DNA of 32,000 nt from Ignicoccus islandicus DSM 13165. GTDB taxonomy: Archaea; Thermoproteota; Thermoprotei_A; Sulfolobales; Ignicoccaceae. A program made the translations under genes and the position numbers. The notes below the pieces were generated by a model. The model had not been told where the DNA came from. It did no database searches and saw nothing but the letters and a program-made list of their open reading frames with translations. Where the stretch lies: the NCBI RefSeq assembly GCF_001481685.1, contig NZ_CP006867.1, forward strand, positions 600,001-632,000, in the 5' to 3' direction. Within the stretch, counting starts at the first letter, position 1; each line of letters opens with the position of its first letter. Of the stretch, positions 26,066 to 32,000 are shown one piece after another.

Positions 26066-27133
26066 TTGCTAGCGGGCACTGAGATAGTATTATTCTCTTT
26101 AACATCAATACTGTTGGCGTTCGCATATGCTGGACTGCTTGATCTAATTACTATCTACCTCGAAAGAAAGATTCTAGGTAGAGCGATGCAAAGGTACGGT
26201 CCCTCACACGTAGGATACGCTGGCTTGCTCCAACTCATTGCAGACTTCTTAAAGTACTTGTCTAAAGAGCTCTTCTCACCACGAAACGTAGATAAGGTAT
26301 TGTATTATGGGGTGCCAGTAGCATTAATAGCTGTAATAACAGTCCCATTGGTACTCCTACCTTTCGACTACGTAGTACTATCTGGATTGCAAGGACTAGC
26401 TGAACTTGTAGGAATTAAAGTTAATCTGACCGAATACGCTATTTCCAGAATACTAGACAATGTGATGCCAGGCGTATCGCTATTTGGTTACGTGGCAATA
26501 GTTGCTGTTACAATGCCTTTAATGTATATCTTGGCTTGGGCACAGAGCAACAAATATAGTTCCATAGCAGCCTTTAGAACGATATTAATGCTCGTCACAT
26601 ATGAGGTACCTTTTATAATATCAATAGCAGCGGCTTCTGTCCTTGCAGGACCTAGCATTTATAGTATTGTTAACTCCCAACTGCTCGGTCCACTGTTATT
26701 TGTGAATCCCCTTCTAGCATTGGTCCTAACCATTTCGCTAATAGCTGAAAGCGAGCGTCAACCCTTCGACCATCCCGAAGCCGAAGAGGAAATAGTCCAT
26801 GGATGGAACATAGAATATGGAGCGGGAGAGTTCATACTCCTCTACGGTCTCTATCTGTATACAAAAGCGTTTTACGCAGCAGCACTAATTTCGATACTGC
26901 TTCTTGGTGGGTGGTTAGGACCAGCTATACCGGGTCTTCCTATGTCCTTAACTAATTTCATCTGGTTCACAGTGAAACTAGTCGGGGTTTTCCTCCTTTT
27001 CGTCTGGATTAGGGCAAGCGTTGCAAGGCCTAGAGTGGATCAAGTACTCGACTTCGGATGGTTTAAGTTATTGATTCTTAGTATCATTGCGTTCGTATTA
27101 TCAGTTGCATTGAAGATAGGAGGTGTTATATGA
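26066..27133 (+). CDS. nuoH: NADH:quinone oxidoreductase subunit H
   Basis: LERKILGRAMQRYGPSHVGYAGLLQLIADFLKYLSKE and SERQPFDHPEAEEEIVHGWNIEYG are NuoH/ND1 signatures. TTG start. Confidence 0.9.
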   Translation: MLAGTEIVLFSLTSILLAFAYAGLLDLITIYLERKILGRAMQRYGPSHVGYAGLLQLIADFLKYLSKELFSPRNVDKVLYYGVPVALIAVITVPLVLLPFDYVVLSGLQGLAELVGIKVNLTEYAISRILDNVMPGVSLFGYVAIVAVTMPLMYILAWAQSNKYSSIAAFRTILMLVTYEVPFIISIAAASVLAGPSIYSIVNSQLLGPLLFVNPLLALVLTISLIAESERQPFDHPEAEEEIVHGWNIEYGAGEFILLYGLYLYTKAFYAAALISILLLGGWLGPAIPGLPMSLTNFIWFTVKLVGVFLLFVWIRASVARPRVDQVLDFGWFKLLILSIIAFVLSVALKIGGVI

Positions 27134-27699
27134 TGCAAGAAAAGAAATTCGTTGAAGTAAGATCGAAATGGAGATTGAGTAAAGGTCCAAGTGGACTTAT
27201 AAAAGCTATGATGGCCACGGCCAGCTATATGTTCAAGGAAAGACCAACTACATTGTATCCCTTTGAGAAGAACAAACTCCCCGAAGCATTTAGAGGCCTC
27301 TTGACCTATGATATAGATAAATGTATAGGGTGTGGCGCTTGCGTTTTAGCGTGTCCAAATAAGTGCCTATATAAAGTTCCTGGCCCAAAGACAGAGAAGA
27401 ACAAACCCGGAATATACATTGCTTTCGAACCTACTCATTGCTTATTCTGTGGTCTCTGTGTTGAGGCATGTCCCCCTGTCTCTGGTTCCTTGAGCCACTC
27501 TTCGTTAGTATCAATAGTTTCGTCAAAGGAAAAGATATATTGGAGTCCTTGGGAGTGGGCAGCAATTAGTGAGTTAATTAAAGAAAAAGGTTGGGAGTAC
27601 GATGCTATAGATTACGATAAAATCGAGGATCTGGTTAAAGAGAAATCGGAAGAAGTCAAAAGGAGGATAGAGTCAAAGACACTAGGGGGTAACAAATGA
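27130..27699 (+). CDS. nuoI: NADH:quinone oxidoreductase subunit I (2x[4Fe-4S])
   Basis: Two ferredoxin motifs are present: CIGCGACVLACP and CLFCGLCVEACP. ATGA overlap with nuoH. Confidence 0.88.
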   Translation: MMQEKKFVEVRSKWRLSKGPSGLIKAMMATASYMFKERPTTLYPFEKNKLPEAFRGLLTYDIDKCIGCGACVLACPNKCLYKVPGPKTEKNKPGIYIAFEPTHCLFCGLCVEACPPVSGSLSHSSLVSIVSSKEKIYWSPWEWAAISELIKEKGWEYDAIDYDKIEDLVKEKSEEVKRRIESKTLGGNK

Positions 27700-28187
27700 T
27701 AGAAACATTCATTCTATTGATGACCCTAGCGACTATAGCGTCGGCAGCAGTAGTTTGGGACCCCGATTTAGTGAGAGCAGCCATATCATTAGTAGTTGTT
27801 TTCCTACTCTCTGGTTTGGCGCTATTGACTCTAGGTTCGTGGTTCATAGGGGCATTACAAGTCATACTTGGCGCAGGAGCAGTTGCGATATTGGCTTTAT
27901 ACGCAGCTATAACGTCTAAGGGAAGGAGAGAGATTCTGAAAGCACCTCAAGGTGGAACCCTAGGTGCACTCGTACTCTCAGCTCTGGGTATTGGTATAGG
28001 TTTTCTAACAATCTCCACCCCGGGTATATTTACTCTCTATACTTCGACCACATCTAATATAGCTTCCACGTTGTTTGGTGATTTAGGTCTAGTTGCTACT
28101 CTGAGTATACTTCTCTTAGTTGCACTGATATCGTCGGCATACATCATAAGATATATAGTTATTGAGGGGGTGAGGGGCCGTGAGTGA
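27696..28187 (+). CDS. nuoJ: NADH:quinone oxidoreductase subunit J
   Basis: 163-aa hydrophobic protein at the J position between nuoI and nuoK. ATGA overlap with nuoI. Confidence 0.72.
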   Translation: MIETFILLMTLATIASAAVVWDPDLVRAAISLVVVFLLSGLALLTLGSWFIGALQVILGAGAVAILALYAAITSKGRREILKAPQGGTLGALVLSALGIGIGFLTISTPGIFTLYTSTTSNIASTLFGDLGLVATLSILLLVALISSAYIIRYIVIEGVRGRE

Positions 28188-28488
28188 ACTCGGACCTGCC
28201 ATTTGGATTACTATTCCGCTTATAGTAATAGGGCTATATGGTCTAATTGCAAGGCGAAATCTGGTTCGGATGATGATATCTCTAGAAGTGATTGGTGCAG
28301 GTACGGTAACAATATTGGGATCGGCGGCAGCAGCTCATTGGAATGGCATGGGAGAAGTTCTCGGTGTATTAGCATTGGTAGCTTTAGGTATTGAGGGAGC
28401 CCTCTTAATTGCAATTGCTACTGCGATGTCATACCAGTACAAGACATTTGATATCCACACCTTTAAGAAGGAGGTGAAGGAAGAGTGA
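28180..28488 (+). CDS. nuoK: NADH:quinone oxidoreductase subunit K
   Basis: 102 aa with three TM segments. LYGLIARRNLVRMMISLEVIGAG is NuoK/ND4L-like, including the conserved Glu. GTG start overlaps the nuoJ stop. Confidence 0.8.
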   Translation: MSELGPAIWITIPLIVIGLYGLIARRNLVRMMISLEVIGAGTVTILGSAAAAHWNGMGEVLGVLALVALGIEGALLIAIATAMSYQYKTFDIHTFKKEVKEE

Positions 28489-29801
28489 TAGACACAATGA
28501 TAGTTTACTTCCTTGCTGTACTCCAATCAATAGTTTTCCCAGTTTACGTTAGCAAATATCTATCGAGTATTCTATTACTAGTACCATTGCTCTTCGGATA
28601 TTCAAAACTTGGAAGTCTAGTATTAGACTCCTTCACGAAAGTAGGTATGCTCGCCGTAACTCTTCCCGCGGTAGTGACTTTACTTTTCCATAGAAGACCT
28701 CAAAGACACTTCGTGATACTTATAACGCTCTTGACTATAAGCGGTCAATTAGTAGCAGCTTCAAGGAATCTAGCCACCTTAGCTGTTGCATTAGAAGCAA
28801 TGTCACTTGCAGCTGCTGCAGTTGCTCTTTATCCAGGTTCTAGAGACAAGCTACGCGTTTCAACAACTTATTTAATATTTAGCGTCATGGCTGCAATAAT
28901 GTTGTTCTTAGGTTTGGCTCTCTATTTCGCTGGCGGTGGATCCATACAACTAACGAATGGATTCACTCAAACTAGCACAGCAATAGTCGGTCTAGCGTTA
29001 ATGGTAGCAGCCATAATGATAAAGTTAGCAATAACTCCCATGCACGCATGGGCAGTTGACGTTTACTCGGAAGGCAGTACGAGCGCTGCTCTCTACTTAT
29101 CAAGCTCGGTGAAGGCTGGAGCTATGATAGCATTAGCTATCTTGGCCTATGGACCTCTGAGATACGCTTATGAATTAGGTTATTGGCAGTTACTCTTGCC
29201 TTTCCTACTTCTAGCAACGCTCTCTAACGTGGTTGGAGCTGTAGGAATGGTAGCCACAACCAAAGTTAAGCGAATATTGTCCTTTTCTAGTGTGGCTCAC
29301 GCAGGTTTCGTTGCTCTGACGTTAGCGTATCCAACGCAGCTGACTGCGTCAGTAATAGCTTATTATGCTCTCGTTTACTCGATCGCAAATACCGTAGCCT
29401 TCTCGTCAGTCTTAATGGTAAAGGCTGAGGACGATGCAACGGTAAACGAACTCTCTCTTTTATATAAGAAACCTCTTACAGCACTAGCTGTCGCTATAGC
29501 TGTGCTTAGTCTATTGGGTTTACCACCAACAGCGGGTTTCAATGCGAAGCTATTCTCTTTACTGGCATTATTCCATTCAAGTAAAATATCGCCTTGGCTT
29601 CTAACGACGTTCGCTATTATTGCAGTCGTTAGTACAGCCATTTCCGGATACAGTTATATAAAGATAGTAGGCTATCTCTCGAAGAAACCGGAAGACCGAA
29701 GCGATGTAAGAATTAGTAGTATTGATGTCTTTTCATGGATCCTAGCATTGTTATTACTAGTCATGTACTTCGTACCAGTTCTATCGGTGCCTACAATATG
29801 A
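28485..29801 (+). CDS. nuoN: NADH:quinone oxidoreductase antiporter-like subunit, NuoN type
   Basis: 438-aa polytopic protein. KLAITPMHAWAVDVYSEGSTSAALYLSSSVKAGA resembles the NuoN/ND2 motif (PFH.W.PDVYEG). GTGA overlap with nuoK. GGAGGTGAAGG lies upstream. Confidence 0.78.
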   Translation: MIDTMIVYFLAVLQSIVFPVYVSKYLSSILLLVPLLFGYSKLGSLVLDSFTKVGMLAVTLPAVVTLLFHRRPQRHFVILITLLTISGQLVAASRNLATLAVALEAMSLAAAAVALYPGSRDKLRVSTTYLIFSVMAAIMLFLGLALYFAGGGSIQLTNGFTQTSTAIVGLALMVAAIMIKLAITPMHAWAVDVYSEGSTSAALYLSSSVKAGAMIALAILAYGPLRYAYELGYWQLLLPFLLLATLSNVVGAVGMVATTKVKRILSFSSVAHAGFVALTLAYPTQLTASVIAYYALVYSIANTVAFSSVLMVKAEDDATVNELSLLYKKPLTALAVAIAVLSLLGLPPTAGFNAKLFSLLALFHSSKISPWLLTTFAIIAVVSTAISGYSYIKIVGYLSKKPEDRSDVRISSIDVFSWILALLLLVMYFVPVLSVPTI

Positions 29802-30484
29802 AAGAATGCTTAAGAAAACGTTTTTCAAATCTCCTCAGTTACATATTAAGCTCGCTATATCAGACAACCTTTTCTAAACATGGGGAAATAAAGGTAGTAG
29901 TAAAGAACTTCAGTACATGGACGTCCATTAAGTGGATACCGGCCCTCATATTTCTTAAAGGTATCTATCCCTATACTATAAGTCCTATTGAACGAGTAAT
30001 CAGAGAAGTAAGCTTCTTCGAGTACCAAGGGGTACCTAAGGTATACTTTTGGAACGGGAAATACGAAGTGAGGGAGTATGTTGAAGGAAATATAATATCC
30101 TTAGAGGACATCAATAAAGTAATAAATCTAGTTAAGTATCTTCATAGTAAATGTTGGAGAATAGGAGACACGAAATGGGACAATTTCCTTAAAATGGAAA
30201 ATGGAAAAGTAATCTTAATAGATGCTGAACAAGCAGTAGTTGATTGTTCGCAGAAGAGCGTTATAGCTGACGCACTTGTAGGAAGCATCTTCTTGTACTA
30301 TTCAAAGAGTGCCAGGGCTATAGATATAAGTAAGCTATTCTTTATTGAGATAATTAAGGGAAGGTGTAAGTCTATTATGAAATACCTCTTTCATCCCGGT
30401 GTAGTACTTCTCGGTCTCTTAATACCGCAAACGTATTTCTCGGCACTCCTTCATTGTTTCGATGAACTTCGAGGTAAAAAGTGA
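29798..30484 (+). CDS. Atypical protein-kinase-like protein (RIO/Bud32/Kdo-kinase-like fold)
   Basis: VVVKNF (VAIK-like Lys), EYVEGNII (hinge-like), LHSKCWRIGDTKWDNFL (HxD..N-type catalytic loop) and ILIDAEQA (DFG-like). I moved the start to the ATG at 29798, which overlaps the nuoN stop (ATGA). The track start at 29735 lies inside nuoN. Confidence 0.5.
   Translation: MKECLRKRFSNLLSYILSSLYQTTFSKHGEIKVVVKNFSTWTSIKWIPALIFLKGIYPYTISPIERVIREVSFFEYQGVPKVYFWNGKYEVREYVEGNIISLEDINKVINLVKYLHSKCWRIGDTKWDNFLKMENGKVILIDAEQAVVDCSQKSVIADALVGSIFLYYSKSARAIDISKLFFIEIIKGRCKSIMKYLFHPGVVLLGLLIPQTYFSALLHCFDELRGKK
30476..30480 (-). terminator. Oligo-T (UUUUU on the minus strand) after the SRP RNA 3' end, inside the 3' end of the convergent kinase-like CDS
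   Basis: Minus strand reads ...GGACACACCCAAGCAUUCAC UUUUU ACC. Confidence 0.4.
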
Positions 30485-30487
30485 ATG

Positions 30488-30850
30488 CTTGGGTGTGTCC
30501 CCCGGGGCTCCTTACACTGGACGGGACGTTGGTGTTATTAAGGACTATCCGTACCGCGCTTCTCCTTCAGCCCCATAAGCTCCCGCGAACGTCCGCGGCC
30601 GGGGTTAGGCTGCTCCCTTCCGGGCCTGACCTGGTTCCCCCGGTTAAGGCGGTTTACCCCCATCCTCCGATGGGGGCTCCGCCACCGCGGACCCCGCGGG
30701 GCGGGGTTCATCGGAGTTTGACGCGGTACGGATAGTCCGCCAACGTCCCGTCCAGTGTAAGGTTACTGGTCCCCGCGTTTTCGCCCGTTTCGGGCCCCTT
30801 ACGGGGGGAGGAGGGCGAGCCCTCCGACCCTACCCCCGGGTGTGGACCCC
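30488..30850 (-). ncRNA. ffs: Signal recognition particle RNA (7S/SRP RNA); ends approximate
   Basis: Minus strand contains ACCAGGUCAGGCCCGGAAGGGAGCAGCCUAAC (complement of 30608..30634 plus flanks). This is the universally conserved helix-8 motif with a GGAA tetraloop. Long helix-5 pairing was read directly: 30510..30532 is the perfect complement of 30740..30762 (23 bp), and 30542..30558 of 30722..30738 (17 bp). The 5' region has GGAGGG-CUCG-CCCUCC, CCCC-GUAA-GGGG and GCCCG-AAA-CGGGC hairpins. It forms a sharp GC-rich island of about 365 nt. Confidence 0.85.
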
Positions 30851-30852
30851 CT

Positions 30853-32000
30853 TTAGCCACATATTCCACCCTCGCTTAAAGATGTTGGTGGTAACACGTT
30901 AGGGAAACTTATTATGGCAGTGTTGGTTAGAACAGTGTTCACGAAACTAGAGGGTGAGTTCGGATCCAGTATGGCTATGTAGTTTCGTACTACTAGCTTT
31001 ATTGCAGAAACTGTATCGACAGAAGGTGTATACTCACAATTTATTCCGTGGTTGGTTGCCCACAATTCTATGTCGGTATTAGCTAACGATTCGAATCTCG
31101 ACTTTAGAGCCGATAGGTAAGCATTGTTAACTCTCTGGAGCTGAGGTATATAGAAGTTAATGCAATCTACAACTCTATATAATTTCTTGTAAATATTTTC
31201 TAAGTTAGTAGCAACTACTTGCAAGTATCGCATACCGTTGGGATAGTTCCTTAATGACGTGCTCGTAATATCTACATTGACGTTATTAAGTACTGATAAA
31301 CAACTTCTAATCACTGAGGAGGCAGTAGAAGTAGAGAGCTTCGAGAGAGGACCCAATAATGGAGATAGTAAATCGTTCGCGAGACTTCCAAGAACTCCTT
31401 GAAGGACGTTTTGGGTTACTATTAATCTAATTTCCCATGGCATTACGTTGGAAGAGTATTGGGAGTATATTTGATTATAGAGACTATATAGCTGCATCAT
31501 GTATGTATGTATTTGGATATAGTTAACTGGGCAACTTCCCCCCAACTGTTCAGAATAATAGTATAGGTAAGCATTCGATTTAGAAGGTACTTGAAAGCCT
31601 ACGAAAAGCGGACCGTACAATGTTGTTGCATTTAAATCCGTGAAGCATAGCTTGTATGTATTGTTTGAATAATCCGTGCTACACACAGTGAAACTATACC
31701 AAGCTGTTTCCGGAGCAGGAACAACACTTTCTATTAAACTAGTATTCAAGTTGTTAATCGCTGAAGGTGTGACCGAGGTTGCATTTAATATGACTAAAAG
31801 CTCTTTGTAATGAAGAAGTTGGGTTGTATTTGAGAGCTCTGCCATCATTTCGTTTGCCATGTAGTTCTGCAAATAGTTTTGAATATTGACAGAGGACTGA
31901 GAGAACTGATTGGAATACTCCCTAATGAGCTGTGCCCTAAGGGTTTGACCGTACATACCGTCGAGGTAACTAGCGGCGGCATTTGATGCCGAGATTAGGC
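30853..32000 (-). CDS. C-terminal part of a large Asn/Ser/Thr/Tyr-rich secreted protein (candidate glycosylated surface/S-layer-type protein); N-terminus outside the window
   Basis: The track starts at Met 31956. By manual translation the frame stays open to 32000 (..LISASNAAASYLDG-MYGQ..). At least five N-x-S/T sequons were seen (NTT, NAT, NTS, NNT, NAT). There is no TM segment and scattered Cys residues. Confidence 0.5.
   Translation of the reverse strand, partial: LISASNAAASYLDGMYGQTLRAQLIREYSNQFSQSSVNIQNYLQNYMANEMMAELSNTTQLLHYKELLVILNATSVTPSAINNLNTSLIESVVPAPETAWYSFTVCSTDYSNNTYKLCFTDLNATTLYGPLFVGFQVPSKSNAYLYYYSEQLGGSCPVNYIQIHTYMMQLYSLYNQIYSQYSSNVMPWEIRLIVTQNVLQGVLGSLANDLLSPLLGPLSKLSTSTASSVIRSCLSVLNNVNVDITSTSLRNYPNGMRYLQVVATNLENIYKKLYRVVDCINFYIPQLQRVNNAYLSALKSRFESLANTDIELWATNHGINCEYTPSVDTVSAIKLVVRNYIAILDPNSPSSFVNTVLTNTAIISFPNVLPPTSLSEGGICG
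30873..30882 (-). promoter_or_regulatory. TATA-like element (minus strand CTTTAAG) about 27 nt upstream of the SRP RNA 5' G-run, embedded in the last codons of the upstream CDS
   Basis: Minus strand reads CATCTTTAAGCGAGGGTGGAATATGTGGCTAAAG|GGGGTCC. Confidence 0.35.

Noticed and set aside
25944-26126. N-terminal 61-residue extension of the S16 protease ORF
   Set aside because: It overlaps the start of nuoH on the opposite strand and precedes an obvious signal/anchor sequence that begins at the internal Met (25943).
29735-29797. Upstream part of the kinase-like ORF as given in the track
   Set aside because: It lies inside nuoN in another frame. The ATG at 29798 forms an ATGA overlap with the nuoN stop, the same coupling pattern used through the rest of the operon.
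30481-30735. Track ORF of 84 aa on the + strand (MNAWVCPPGLL...PPPRTPRGG...)
   Set aside because: It lies entirely over the GC-rich SRP RNA gene encoded on the opposite strand. Its Pro/Arg/Gly-rich product is what translation of a GC-rich structured RNA produces. It has no independent coding evidence.
1-32000. CRISPR arrays, cas genes, toxin-antitoxin pairs, restriction-modification or other known defence modules
   Set aside because: I saw no regularly spaced direct repeats. None of the ORF products show Cas, nuclease/methylase, PIN/VapC, RelE or similar signatures that I could recognise by eye.

Overview
This window is a gene-dense chromosomal segment from an AT-rich hyperthermophilic crenarchaeon. 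The S15, EF-1alpha and L13e sequences look Sulfolobales-like from memory, which I cannot verify here. Most of it is housekeeping: ribosomal proteins S15 (partial) and L13e, EF-1alpha, EF-1beta with its usual Zn-ribbon neighbour, tRNA-Pro(UGG), SRP (7S) RNA, TatA/TatC, UbiX, a class I/II aminotransferase, a Nudix hydrolase, tungsten-type aldehyde:ferredoxin oxidoreductase, NAPRTase, YjbQ, AroB, and a translationally coupled nuoH-I-J-K-N block. The two structural RNAs stand out as GC-rich islands. I found no CRISPR array, cas gene, integrase, transposase or recognisable defence system, and I cannot point to a clear novel multi-gene system. The best candidates for a second look are listed here.
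1. A radical-SAM protein is fused to an ArcS-C1/DUF5591-like domain (11451..12806). A stand-alone paralogue (1724..2524) ends a tightly overlapping Nudix/binding-protein/permease operon.
2. A 480-bp non-coding element is bounded by 46-bp perfect inverted repeats (14273..14752). It looks MITE-like or inverton-like.
3. An atypical kinase-like gene is start/stop-coupled to the nuo genes.
4. A secreted Lon-like S16 protease sits next to a 1021-aa surface protein with six tandem beta-sandwich repeats.
5. A 40-codon membrane micro-ORF is coupled by ATGA overlaps between rpl13e and ubiX.
6. An intergenic C/D-box sRNA candidate lies at 17118..17172.
Several track ORFs are artefacts: antisense ORFs, N-terminal over-extensions, and an ORF lying over the SRP RNA.
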